This document shows positions 20,442 to 30,292 of a stretch of 64,000 bases of DNA, one piece after another. Numbering within the stretch: position 1 is the stretch's first letter; every line of letters begins with the position of its first letter. Under the pieces are notes generated by a model. The model searched no databases. It had not been told where the DNA came from and saw only the letters and a list, made by a program, of their open reading frames with translations. Source of the DNA: an uncultured Nitrososphaerales archaeon (GTDB lineage: Archaea; Thermoproteota; Nitrososphaeria; Nitrososphaerales; Nitrososphaeraceae); NCBI GenBank assembly GCA_963841565.1, contig CAWJCY010000002.1:39573-103572 (forward strand), written 5' to 3'. A program made the position numbers and the translations under genes.

Positions 20442-21132
20442 AGGATCTCACTAATGGATGGGGTTTTGCAAGTCGTATCAATTTGAGGTATATATAGCCG
20501 TGTTCATCAATTCTGTTGTAAAATGAGGTAGCCTCGGATTTCTGGCTTGAATATCTTAGGAATGATGCTGCTGGACTTTCATCCAAAACTACATAATAGA
20601 AATAAGAGAAAGTGTCGCTCTCACTTACGCTCATCGGCGCTCCTATGATGTACTTTATTTGACCTTCGATTTTTTGTTCAAATACCAAAAGAGGTAAGGG
20701 TGGTTCTTCATAGATGGTCTTGTAGGCACACACCTTGGACAAACTTGCAAGATCCGCCAGTCTGATCGCTATATACTCAAACGTAGAAGTGACCTTGCTT
20801 GACCTCGAAAAACTTTTGGGAGATTTATCGATCTTCACAATTGGAGAATAGACAAAAGTGGGATTGGATACATAATCGACCAGTGTTACCTCTTCCGCTT
20901 CACCTACAATTCGATACGCTAAATACTCCCCCACCCTCCCAAACTCATTCTTGACAAAGAATATGACAGGTCTCCCATTCACAAAATCGACCTGTACTGC
21001 CAAGGCTGGAGCTCCATTCAGCGAAAGGGCAAACGACGGGAGAGGTACACGTTCCAGAGCACAAACAAGCCTGCCAAAGTCCCTCAACCCAGAAAGCTCA
21101 ACATACCATGGAGATTTTATCCGCAATTTCAA
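20428..21132 (-). CDS. Hypothetical protein
   Basis: 234 aa ORF overlapping the pyrF start. Confidence 0.75.
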   Translation of the reverse strand: MKLRIKSPWYVELSGLRDFGRLVCALERVPLPSFALSLNGAPALAVQVDFVNGRPVIFFVKNEFGRVGEYLAYRIVGEAEEVTLVDYVSNPTFVYSPIVKIDKSPKSFSRSSKVTSTFEYIAIRLADLASLSKVCAYKTIYEEPPLPLLVFEQKIEGQIKYIIGAPMSVSESDTFSYFYYVVLDESPAASFLRYSSQKSEATSFYNRIDEHGYIYLKLIRLAKPHPLVRSFEFS

Positions 21133-21445
21133 ATAGATTCATCAGAGATCCTATTAAAAGCATGTGAAAAAAATACACGATGCTTCCATACGGGATACTT
21201 AAAAATGTCAGGATGAGCTATTCTATTTTTAATTGATGGTATTGCCTTTCGACAACATGGCTCGACAATATTTAGGTCGCCAAGTTCAAGTAGCCGGGTT
21301 CTTGTCGGTTTGAGGATATTAACGCTACAGATTTGATAGGTGAATTAAGCTTCTCTTCCTCCCTCTATCAAATTAAACCGCAAAACCAAGTGCTTGGACC
21401 TTAACAATGAATGAGATTTGGTTCGACTTGATTTGGATTGAACTA

Positions 21446-22453
21446 TTATCTGCGATCTATTATGTCATCAAGTTCTTGTCCGGTTCCTATTACTGCAACT
21501 TTTAGACCTATTTCTTTTTCCATATTATTAACAAACCTTTTGGCCACATTGGACAGATTATTGAACTTCCTTTTTCCTGCGTCAGAAGGAAAAACAATAT
21601 CGAGTTTCGTTAATGCTACCTGTGTGGCGCTGTTCAACATTATTGAACGTCTGGCTAACTCAAAATTGAAAGGCGAGGCTCTCCTCAGTCGTCCCGTGAC
21701 ACTACCAAATTCAGTCCATCCTTTTGAAGTAGTTTCTTCTTGTTCCAGTTCCCCCTCTAGGGGACCTGATCCTACTCTTGTAACATATGCCTTGAATACT
21801 ACCATTACCTCACTTACTTTTTTTGGTCCAATTCCAACATCAGAACATATAGCAGATGCCGTCACATCCTTTGAGGTCACGAAAGGATAGGTCCCATGGT
21901 AAAGAGAGAGGAACGTACCTTGTGTGCCTTCAATTAGAACAGTCTTATCACTGTCTATCGAGCTGTTTACAATACTAGGTATGTCCTGTAAATATTCCGA
22001 GAGCTCAAATGAATCCCTTGCAAGAAAAGCTTTTCGCAACGCTCTGTCGGCATTTGCAGGTCCTGTTCCCGTTCCAGTTGTTCCTATCCTATTTAGATTT
22101 GGGTCGGAGGCATCCTTTTCAATGTGAGTACTATCTATTATGCCACACTGAGGATCAACAAATGTTCTATCTTTCGTATTGAAATTTTTAATTTCTTCAA
22201 GGAGGACGTTCACGTTAATAAGAACTCCTGGGCCGATCATAAGTCTGGTGTGATTGCATACTAACGCACTTGGTAACATTCTGGTTTTATGTTCTTTTCC
22301 ATGGAACATTATCGTATGCCCTGCATTGGGTCCTACACCGCCTCGAACCGCAACATCGGCTTTATCTTTCCTAGCTAGATATGCAACAATTTTCCCCTTT
22401 CCTTCGTCGCCATAAAATCCACCTACTATTACTGTGCACGGCATCCCTCTCAT
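21446..22453 (-). CDS. purA: Adenylosuccinate synthetase (short archaeal form)
   Basis: GDEGKGK, GPNAGHT, EGTQG, YPFVTS, TRVG, VTGRLRR, TKLD. Confidence 0.96.
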   Translation of the reverse strand: MRGMPCTVIVGGFYGDEGKGKIVAYLARKDKADVAVRGGVGPNAGHTIMFHGKEHKTRMLPSALVCNHTRLMIGPGVLINVNVLLEEIKNFNTKDRTFVDPQCGIIDSTHIEKDASDPNLNRIGTTGTGTGPANADRALRKAFLARDSFELSEYLQDIPSIVNSSIDSDKTVLIEGTQGTFLSLYHGTYPFVTSKDVTASAICSDVGIGPKKVSEVMVVFKAYVTRVGSGPLEGELEQEETTSKGWTEFGSVTGRLRRASPFNFELARRSIMLNSATQVALTKLDIVFPSDAGKRKFNNLSNVAKRFVNNMEKEIGLKVAVIGTGQELDDIIDRR

Positions 22454-22544
22454 AGGTAAGGATCTCAGATATTTTAAGCAAATGGCACTATTGTGGTGAT
22501 CAAAATACCATCTTACATAAGTGAGATTTCAAAATTACTAAAAT

Positions 22545-23009
22545 ATGCATGATGAATTGCAGCAATACCCTACCGAGAATATTGTTCTAATATTGTCGAA
22601 GCTTCCTGAATTCCTACGTGAGTCGATGATGAGAAGTCGACTTCAGGAGCTTTGTGCCAAGGATTCAAAGGCGCGGGAAGAATTCATCGACTCGATGTTG
22701 ATGGGTCTTTCCTTGGCAGAAAAGGATTCCTTGAGGAAGGTAATTCGAACCTGGCTCGGAGTAATATCAAGGCTAGAGAACAACGAAATCTTGACTGTAT
22801 TTACCGCATTTATAGACATTTACGAAAGGGAGCCTACTTTATGCGAAAAGGATTACTTTGAAGTTCTCTTTGAAGCTTATCAATCATTAGAAGAAAATCA
22901 AAGGGTTATACTTCGTGATTGTTTTGTTGAAGTGGTACTCAATCAATATCTAGGTAGACATACAATGTTTACTTTGCCTATGAAAGTACGTTCAGCGCTA
23001 GTGTTGTGA
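22545..23009 (+). CDS. Hypothetical helical protein
   Basis: 154 aa ORF filling the gap between purA and the next gene. Confidence 0.7.
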   Translation: MHDELQQYPTENIVLILSKLPEFLRESMMRSRLQELCAKDSKAREEFIDSMLMGLSLAEKDSLRKVIRTWLGVISRLENNEILTVFTAFIDIYEREPTLCEKDYFEVLFEAYQSLEENQRVILRDCFVEVVLNQYLGRHTMFTLPMKVRSALVL

Positions 23010-23273
23010 TGAATTGTTTTGATCCATGTTGTCGGGATTCTTTTGCAATTCCTCTGGCTTCTCCAATCCAAAGAACATTCTTTCATGTTTGCGTAGCGCT
23101 TTTCTATGTTCGGGAAGAGACATATCAAGTCTCAGTTCGTTGATTACCATCACGGAATAAGTGTTCCATTCAGCCCAACAAGTCGGACATGAAGGATACT
23201 TCTGGGACATCGGGTCAGTAATAGAGGAATCATCAAAATCCTTCCCACATTTCATGCAGGTTTTAGACATCAA
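22998..23273 (-). CDS. Fe(II)-trafficking protein, YggX-like
   Basis: CWAEW...MVINELRLDMS..HRK.L......FF pattern. Confidence 0.75.
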   Translation of the reverse strand: MMSKTCMKCGKDFDDSSITDPMSQKYPSCPTCWAEWNTYSVMVINELRLDMSLPEHRKALRKHERMFFGLEKPEELQKNPDNMDQNNSSQH

Positions 23274-23387
23274 CCGACTTTTAGCTTTCGAATATTTTAT
23301 TGTTTGTTACTTTACTAATAAAAGGCTACACAGGAATCTTCTAGGGTGTTTCCCTTCAATTTTTTTTGCAAATTCATAGCCTAACCG

Positions 23388-23585
23388 TTAGATTCTCTTA
23401 TTGCTGTAGCTATGAAATTTCATGATGTGAGCCCGCATTTGTTCCATCCCAAAATATTCCAGTCCGCAGGAGTTACATCTATAGGATTTGTCTTTTCCAT
23501 GAACGACTTGTTGGTGTTGCATTAACTCTTCGATTTTTCTAAATGATTTCCCACATTCTACGCACTTATTTTTCTTAAGAAGCAA
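23388..23585 (-). CDS. Tandem C2H2 zinc-finger protein
   Basis: CVECGKSF..L..H..VH and CNSC..MRAHIMKFH. Confidence 0.85.
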   Translation of the reverse strand: MLLKKNKCVECGKSFRKIEELMQHQQVVHGKDKSYRCNSCGLEYFGMEQMRAHIMKFHSYSNKRI

Positions 23586-23717
23586 ATTTGTGGTCGACGT
23601 TCTCCTTTTGTGTTTGGTACCGCAAATTAACAGATGATTTCAAATTAGTTGTCATTTCCGAATTCCTCTCGTATTCTAATCTCATAATACTTTAATAAAA
23701 GGTCATTGTTTAGCTAA

Positions 23718-24074
23718 TTGACTCCACCTTTGAAAAAGATAGAGGCAATCTTGCCACACGCACGTCTGGAACTTGTGTTTTCGGCGTTAAGGGATATGGG
23801 ATTGGGAGGCCTAACGTATTACGAGTCAAAGGGTAGAGGGCAGAACCCACGTCCGATATTACATTCTGGGAGAGGCACGTCCACCTATACCCCTGAATTC
23901 AATCTCAACGCTACTTTGGTGGTCGTGGCTCGAGACTCAGCCATAGATAGCATAATTAACACTATACTAGAGAATTCTAGCACTGGACTCAAGGGAGAAG
24001 GAAAGATATTCGTCTACGATCTGGATGATGCCGTAGACATAGGGTCAAAGTCCAGAGGTGAAGCAGCGATCTGA
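23718..24074 (+). CDS. P-II nitrogen regulatory protein
   Basis: KKIEAI, KGRG T-loop start, GEGKIFV, GEAAI. Confidence 0.9.
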   Translation: MTPPLKKIEAILPHARLELVFSALRDMGLGGLTYYESKGRGQNPRPILHSGRGTSTYTPEFNLNATLVVVARDSAIDSIINTILENSSTGLKGEGKIFVYDLDDAVDIGSKSRGEAAI

Positions 24075-24346
24075 AAATCATTTTGGTTGGAGTGACACCG
24101 TACATTAAATACGCCTCGGCTTCATCGCTGGGAATATTACTATGCAGTTCGTAGTGTATTCGAATTAGATCTTAGTTATGCTGGCAATAATCGGAGATAC
24201 TTAGAATGTATCCTATTTGCAGGAATTGGTTTTAAAGATGATTCATTATTAATCTAGTTATGATTTGTAATAATCATAGTTTGCTACCCCTCAACTAGAT
24301 TGGGAGAGAAGGGCGACGCTGCATCACGGAACAACCTCTGTCCGTT

Positions 24347-24739
24347 CTAACCTTTCGCTCGCACTACTTTAATTCGTTCTAGCACTCTCCAGTATTCAAC
24401 TTCGCCGCCCTGCCTGATCTTGTCTTTCATTTCATCATCAGCGGCCTCTGTCTCGAATACTTCAAAGGTTTCAAGGTCCATAATTTGTAGCGACTGGCCA
24501 GACATTGATATGATTTGACCGCTCCGTTTGTCAATAAGTGGCACATCAACGTTAGCAGAGACTGGCGAAACCATACTATGTTTAGAACCATCGAAAACGC
24601 CAATCGCTGAGATTCGAGCCTTAGCTGACCCGTGCTTGCCAGGTTTGCTATGGTCGTAAGATACTATTCTACAGGGTTCATTGTCGATTATTATATAGGA
24701 TCCCACTTTTAGGCTACCCAATTCCATTGGCTTACTCAA
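24347..24739 (-). CDS. eif5a: Translation factor aIF-5A
   Basis: SKPGKHGSAK hypusine motif. Confidence 0.96.
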   Translation of the reverse strand: MSKPMELGSLKVGSYIIIDNEPCRIVSYDHSKPGKHGSAKARISAIGVFDGSKHSMVSPVSANVDVPLIDKRSGQIISMSGQSLQIMDLETFEVFETEAADDEMKDKIRQGGEVEYWRVLERIKVVRAKG

Positions 24740-24792
24740 TGTCGATCAGGTATCAGGAACTTGAAGGGATGTATTTAATATTTCTGCTCAGG

Positions 24793-25398
24793 TTACTTAA
24801 ATTCCTCTAGAATGGAAAAATTAAACAAGTTAGACAGGGACATACCCTTTCGTATTGCATCTCGTCTAGTCCTTTCACAGTACCTTTGATCACTCTGATG
24901 AGTACGACCACCATCTACTTCAAGGATCAATAGATTCCTTGAATAGGGAAAGCTAAACTTAGGTTTCATTGAACAGGACAGTGTCATTTCCGCCAGTGCG
25001 GCCTTTGTTACTCTGTCTCTCTTCGCCAGTGAAGTGGCCAGGTCGATCAGTTCTTTCTGCCCATAAGAGTACCTCATGAAATAAATGGAAACATAGTTAA
25101 GTCGCTCACATAGTCTTTCAAAGAGAGTAGTAGTTATCTTAAACTCAAATACGTGTCTCTCCTGGGTGGAAATTATTTCCGTTGTGTTCTCCTTGTCTTG
25201 CTGACCTAGATTCGAGATCAAGATATAATGATTTGCTCTGCCTGGGAAATAGAGCCTGGTTTCTTCCGTAAATGTTGCAGTTACAAAGTACACCCTCTTG
25301 GGTCTCTGGGAGCCTTTCCATTTTTCAAGAGACATATCAAGGCTCGCATGATGTGGAATACACAAGTAGCTCTGATCACTATCTCGCTGGTGCTCCAA
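24793..25398 (-). CDS. Hypothetical protein (start may be ~25336)
   Basis: About 200 aa ORF co-oriented with neighbours. Confidence 0.7.
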   Translation of the reverse strand: MEHQRDSDQSYLCIPHHASLDMSLEKWKGSQRPKRVYFVTATFTEETRLYFPGRANHYILISNLGQQDKENTTEIISTQERHVFEFKITTTLFERLCERLNYVSIYFMRYSYGQKELIDLATSLAKRDRVTKAALAEMTLSCSMKPKFSFPYSRNLLILEVDGGRTHQSDQRYCERTRRDAIRKGMSLSNLFNFSILEEFK

Positions 25399-25506
25399 CC
25401 CAGAGGTTTTCTATTATGGAAAGTATTTATATGCTACGATATTTTGTTACTTCGCTTTGGAACCTTAGGTCCAGAAAGGCAATTCTGAATAATGAAAAAT
25501 TGCTAT

Positions 25507-26421
25507 TTAGTCCGCCACTTTAGCTTTTGTGGAGGTTGCAATCGCCCATTTGTACGAATTAGTTCCGGGGAGTCTCGAACTATAGAAAGGGAGAAGGCAA
25601 GAACATAGGAGCATAAAAAAAGCATTAATAGGATTGCCATAGGCAGTCTTTATAGATGCCATCAAAACTGACCACGGCGAAGCTTTGATTCCAAGCCTTC
25701 GTACCTGAGTGGAAATTTGTCTGTGGCCATTCCTAGACCTCAAGACCTGGGATGCAAAGTCCCTCATAGTAGATGGTGGTGTGAAATATACCCTGGCTTT
25801 TTCTCTGTAAAGGATGTGATATCCCATTTCTAGAATTCTGCATTGCAGATACAGGTCGATTGCAATCGTTTCTTTAGGAATAATAATCCTCTTGGCCAAG
25901 TCATTGCGTATAGAAAGCGATCTACCCATAACAGTGTATTGGGAAAGTCCACGCCTTCTGATAGATTCTAACCAACTTGAGATGAACGAAGCAGCTCTTG
26001 CGGTTGACGAAGCTGGTTTGAGGCAAATGGGATTTGATGCACATAATCCTACTTTGTTGCTCGCCATACTTGGCGCAAGTTCACCTATACATTCTTTGAG
26101 GGGCAAGACATCTGCGTCGAAGAGCACAATGATGTCACCTGTAGCTAAGGAAAAAATTTCATTCCATGCCGAAGCAGCGCCCCCTCTTTCGTCATGATGC
26201 ACTAAATGTATCGGTAGGTAACGGTGTTGAGACATGAACGACCTTAAGATCTGAGGTGTCGAATCAGAAGAATGGTCACAAATTATTACTTCACTAATTC
26301 GAACTTCATCTGCATTGAGCGTACTTTCATATACAGATCTAATTAACGATATGATTCTATCTCCTTCATTGTAGGATGGGATTCCTATTGTTAGTCTCAA
26401 GATGATCCCTTCGATGGGCAA
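25507..26421 (-). CDS. Glycosyltransferase family 2
   Basis: IGIPSYNE, SSDST, LFDADV (DxD). Confidence 0.88.
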   Translation of the reverse strand: MPIEGIILRLTIGIPSYNEGDRIISLIRSVYESTLNADEVRISEVIICDHSSDSTPQILRSFMSQHRYLPIHLVHHDERGGAASAWNEIFSLATGDIIVLFDADVLPLKECIGELAPSMASNKVGLCASNPICLKPASSTARAASFISSWLESIRRRGLSQYTVMGRSLSIRNDLAKRIIIPKETIAIDLYLQCRILEMGYHILYREKARVYFTPPSTMRDFASQVLRSRNGHRQISTQVRRLGIKASPWSVLMASIKTAYGNPINAFFMLLCSCLLPFYSSRLPGTNSYKWAIATSTKAKVAD

Positions 26422-26613
26422 TGAGGTATTACTATTTAATATTTTGCATACAGATACGACAAGCGTTTAGAGAAGAAATACGCATGCTGATTCAAATTTT
26501 TAATTCTTGCCATGCACTTCTTTTTTTGTCGAGCTCTAGCCTGATGACTTTCGCACGACACAGAACTCGGAATGATATGATATTATAGTGGGAAGCTGAA
26601 ATTCTGTAGCTAA

Positions 26614-27561
26614 ATGTCCTTAACGGTCTCAGACCTAATTATACCTATTCTAGTTTATCCGAGGAGCCTGCAACATCTCATTTTCGACATTAGAAAAGGT
26701 GTTCCGATACTAGCCTCTTCAGATGACGAGATCTGTTTACTTGTGAATGATTTGATTAAGAATGGAATCACCGACGTCCTTTTATTCGGACTGCCTTCTA
26801 AGAGAGATCAGAATGGAACATCGGCGGCAGACAAATCGGGAGCAGTTCAGGTTGCTATTAAAGAGATTAAACGAGACATTGGTTCGGCTGTAAATGTGAT
26901 TAGCGATGTCTGCGTATGTCAATACAATTTTTCAGGACATTGTGGGATATCGGGCAATAGCCAAGATAACGTGGATAATTTCAAATCTCTTGCTCAACTT
27001 GATAAAATAGCAATTAGTCATGCAGATAGCGGAGCCGACTGCGTTGCACCATCTTCCATGATGGATGGGCAAGTATATTCGATTAGGAAGTCCCTTGATT
27101 CTTGTGGTTTTGGGGCCGTCAAAATAATGTCCTATTCGGCAAAGCATGCGTCCTCATTGTATGGTCCGTTTAGATCAGTTGCCTTCGCTAGGGGTAAGTC
27201 TCGTGATATTGCATTTGACAAATCAACGTATCAATTATCATATTCTAATAGAAGAGAAGCCATACGAGAAATTGAGCAAGATATCAGCGAAGGTGCAAAT
27301 ATGGTGATGATCAAACCAACTTTATGGTATTTAGATTTGGTGTACGAAGTCAAAAAAATGATTGATGTACCATTGGTGGTTCAAGTGGTTTCTGGAGAAT
27401 ATTTGATGCTCATGATGGGGGAGAAAATAGGAGTACAAATACGTGACGGATCTGACGAGTTAGTTGAAACGCTGATCTCGGTCAAGCGTGCAGGATCAGA
27501 TAGAGTGATAACATATATCGCAATGGATCTTCTTGAACAAATTAACAAAAGGCTTTCTTGA
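26614..27561 (+). CDS. hemB: Porphobilinogen synthase (Zn type)
   Basis: DVCVCQY..GHCG, APSSMMDG, SYSAK, YGPFR, MIKP, VSGEY. Confidence 0.93.
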   Translation: MSLTVSDLIIPILVYPRSLQHLIFDIRKGVPILASSDDEICLLVNDLIKNGITDVLLFGLPSKRDQNGTSAADKSGAVQVAIKEIKRDIGSAVNVISDVCVCQYNFSGHCGISGNSQDNVDNFKSLAQLDKIAISHADSGADCVAPSSMMDGQVYSIRKSLDSCGFGAVKIMSYSAKHASSLYGPFRSVAFARGKSRDIAFDKSTYQLSYSNRREAIREIEQDISEGANMVMIKPTLWYLDLVYEVKKMIDVPLVVQVVSGEYLMLMMGEKIGVQIRDGSDELVETLISVKRAGSDRVITYIAMDLLEQINKRLS

Positions 27562-27690
27562 AGCCATGCTTCGATCTAAATTGGGTTCCCGATTCACTTA
27601 TCAACTTTCAGTGTAAAAGATTATGAAAAGATAGATAACAGAACCAAGCGGCATCACAATTATATATCATGAACTTGACGATTGGATTAT

Positions 27691-27856
27691 CCCGCGGTAG
27701 CTCAGCCTGGTAGAGCTTTCGGCTGTAGATGTCGGCAAATGTTGGTGCTGACCGCGTGAAGCAGCCTATCGGGCTAACATGTTAGCAGTAACCGAAGAGT
27801 CGCAGGCTCAATCAATAATGCAGAATTGCATTTTGGAGCAAATCCTGCCCGCGGGA
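27691..27856 (+). tRNA. trnY: tRNA-Tyr(GTA) with two introns (37/38: 27729-27790; 58/59: 27812-27841)
   Basis: C1:G72 acceptor CCCGCGG/CCGCGGG-A; anticodon arm TTCGG-CT-GTA-G|A-CCGAA; BHB helices CTGT/GCAG and GCTC/GAGC. Confidence 0.92.
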
Positions 27857-27977
27857 TACAGTTTCACATTTAAGATGTAATACACTATCTCATCTTACGT
27901 ATTAGCAATTAGGCGTAGAAGTGATTGTAATTGGCAACGTTTAGAGCCGAATCATCATTATTTTCTAAAAGTGCGAT

Positions 27978-28328
27978 CTAAGACTTAGTAATGGTACCTA
28001 AGACAGTTCCAAGAACATTTTTTTTAATCACGACACGAGTCCTCAAACTCCTTAATGTCCCTGAAATGTCCAAGACCACCGCTGAATGTTCATTGTCGAT
28101 CAAGGTAAGTACACACAAAACCTCTCCCAAAAACTCTGACCTGCATCGGATCACGTGTAAGTCAGGCCCAATCTTGTCTATTAATTTTAGGAATGCCTTT
28201 TGAGCTAAAACGTAGCCGAACATGTCTGCCGCCTTACTTCTTGTGATTGAGATAAGCTCCTCGGATGAGGAATTACATAATACTAATATGTATCTACGCT
28301 TGTATCTTCTCTTAAGCGTCACAGGCAT
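27978..28328 (-). CDS. RNase P protein Pop5/Rpp14
   Basis: KRRYILV, FG, ISGTLRSL; downstream of Rpp30. Confidence 0.8.
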   Translation of the reverse strand: MPVTLKRRYKRRYILVLCNSSSEELISITRSKAADMFGYVLAQKAFLKLIDKIGPDLHVIRCRSEFLGEVLCVLTLIDNEHSAVVLDISGTLRSLRTRVVIKKNVLGTVLGTITKS

Positions 28329-28911
28329 AACATCTCATGCTAATCTTATGCTCTAACCAATTATTCAAACTAATCCAATATGTCTCAGGTTTAATATCAC
28401 ATAATTTGAGCAAGGCATCGAAACATCTTCCTGATACCATTTCGAATACCGATGAAGCACCACTGGTGAGAACTAGTTGATTACCGTACTTCTCTGTGAG
28501 ACTGTGAATTGCCTTGATAAGCGCTATATTCTTTGCAAGCTTTTGGCCATTGGTAGCACGTAGCCTGCTAACAGTAATCTCAATGCCTAGTTTTTTTGAA
28601 GGTGTATGCTTTAGCATTTCATAAAATTGTTGATCGATATCTGTTATCTCTACAAGATCCAAGTCTTTCGAGGCTAAGTCGTGGTAATTGTTTGAAGCAA
28701 CCAAGTAAGGAAATGTAGTAGAGGCTAAAGGCTTTTTCTTCAACAGACGTATTACATTTGCCTCCACACCATTAGTACTATTACCAATACCAGTACTAAA
28801 TTCAGCACCAATTATCTTCAGCCCGAGCAGATCTTTAAACCTTATAACTGACTGAAGATCGCGAATTAGTACATGGAGATCTAATCGTTCGAACCTAAAA
28901 GCCTCCCATAT
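28312..28911 (-). CDS. RNase P protein Rpp30-like; start codon uncertain (frame open well upstream of GTG 28767)
   Basis: GIEI, LVLTSGASSVFEM; the in-frame upstream extension contains DLHV. Confidence 0.7.
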   Translation of the reverse strand: MWEAFRFERLDLHVLIRDLQSVIRFKDLLGLKIIGAEFSTGIGNSTNGVEANVIRLLKKKPLASTTFPYLVASNNYHDLASKDLDLVEITDIDQQFYEMLKHTPSKKLGIEITVSRLRATNGQKLAKNIALIKAIHSLTEKYGNQLVLTSGASSVFEMVSGRCFDALLKLCDIKPETYWISLNNWLEHKISMRCYACDA

Positions 28912-29342
28912 TCTAGAATGTAATCTTGCTTACTTCTACTAAAAAATAGCTTCGGTTTGAATTTCATTTTAAGAGAATCTATGTCTGAAAGCTCAATCTT
29001 GCCCTCACAAATCTTTTGCTTATCGAGACGGAGATACAATGTCCCTTTGTCATCAACGTAATCGTCCAAAGAGTAAAGTATTTTCTTTCGATCATAAGTA
29101 TCAAGGGAGGTGAGAATATTGCTTGCAATGTCATTAGCGAATTTTCCCTTTAGGCTACCTTTAATCATCTCGATTTGATTCCCCCAATGACCAAGGAGGT
29201 TTTCTGACTCAAATTCATCCTTGTCGACAATTAGAACTGATGACACCTGATTAATCACTCGATCTTTATCCTCGGTCGCGTGAATCAAAAAGCTGATTTC
29301 TGCAACAGCTATCTCGAAGGACCTTAATTTTTCCTTTTGCAT
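28881..29342 (-). CDS. DUF54/UPF0201 RNA-binding protein
   Basis: HATED.DRV, GHWGN.I, LYLRLDKQ. Confidence 0.85.
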   Translation of the reverse strand: MQKEKLRSFEIAVAEISFLIHATEDKDRVINQVSSVLIVDKDEFESENLLGHWGNQIEMIKGSLKGKFANDIASNILTSLDTYDRKKILYSLDDYVDDKGTLYLRLDKQKICEGKIELSDIDSLKMKFKPKLFFSRSKQDYILEYGRLLGSND

Positions 29343-29437
29343 CTATAAAGCAGTCTGCAGATTATATAGTCATATTAAAATCACAAAGAAAAACTGGAGC
29401 GTCAACCATTCGGAGCGTACACAAATTTGCTTTATTT

Positions 29438-30292
29438 TCATGATTCTGATCCCATTGTTGCTTCCTCTGTGGATGGTGATCCCATTGTTGCTTCCTCTGT
29501 GGATGGTGATCCCATTGTTGCTTCCTCTGTGGATGGTGATCCCATTGTTGCTTCCTCTGTGGATGGTGATCCCATTGTTGCTTCCTCTGTGGATGGTGAT
29601 CCCATTGTTGCTTCCTCTGTGGATGGTGATCCCATTGTTGCTTCCTCTGTGGATGGTGATCCCATTGTTGCTTCCTCTGTGGATGGTGATTCGACATTCG
29701 TGGGAGTCAATATTAATTTTGTTTTCTTGATGCCTATATGCCTAAGCGGAGTCAATTTCTTCGCAGCTTCCAGTAAATCATTGTTTAAATTTCCCAATGG
29801 AACTTCCTTTATGAATTCATCAACAGTCATTTTTGGTAACCGCTCTTGCAGGAACTGACGACAAAGGACTCTAATTTGGTGTTTCTTTTCGGTATTTATT
29901 CTCCTCTGACTAAACGCGACTAGGGAAACTCTGAAGACGTACCCGTCCACAGTCTTGTAATCATCTACGTAACTTACCATTGAACTTCCTCTCCTCACTA
30001 AGCTCCTGAGAAACTCCTTAGCATACTCGTGTCCTTTGAAAATTGTGGATGCAGTACCATTAGCGATGCTTACTATCTGCACAAATACCTTAGTCTGGTG
30101 TTGTAAAGGGTCTTGCTTTAAAATATCATACATAGTATTTTCAATCACTCGCCCGCGAGCACTATTGACATCGCTGACGGGGACGTAATTTATAACGCTA
30201 CCGCCTAAAGCAGCAGGTGCATTAACCATAATCCATTGCTTATCTTTCCATTTGTCACGAACCCTACCCCCTCTTTTGGAACCTTTGGGCAT
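29438..30292 (-). CDS. rps3ae: 30S ribosomal protein S3Ae (eS1) with repetitive acidic C-terminal tail
   Basis: RDKWKDKQW, GRVIE, FKGHEY..EFLRSLVRRGSS. Confidence 0.93.
   Translation of the reverse strand: MPKGSKRGGRVRDKWKDKQWIMVNAPAALGGSVINYVPVSDVNSARGRVIENTMYDILKQDPLQHQTKVFVQIVSIANGTASTIFKGHEYAKEFLRSLVRRGSSMVSYVDDYKTVDGYVFRVSLVAFSQRRINTEKKHQIRVLCRQFLQERLPKMTVDEFIKEVPLGNLNNDLLEAAKKLTPLRHIGIKKTKLILTPTNVESPSTEEATMGSPSTEEATMGSPSTEEATMGSPSTEEATMGSPSTEEATMGSPSTEEATMGSPSTEEATMGSPSTEEATMGSES
29448..29690. repeat. Perfect tandem repeat, 8 x 30 bp (GATCCCATTGTTGCTTCCTCTGTGGATGGT), encoding SPSTEEATMG
   Basis: Read directly from the sequence. Confidence 0.97.

Noticed and set aside
29448-29690. CRISPR array
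   Set aside because: The 30 bp units are contiguous with no spacers and lie in frame within rps3ae; no cas genes in the window
29362-29858. Alternative-frame ORFs (HHPQRKQQWD, DGDPIVASSV, IPLLLPLWMV repeats)
   Set aside because: By-products of a stop-free 30 bp repeat; the eS1 frame explains it
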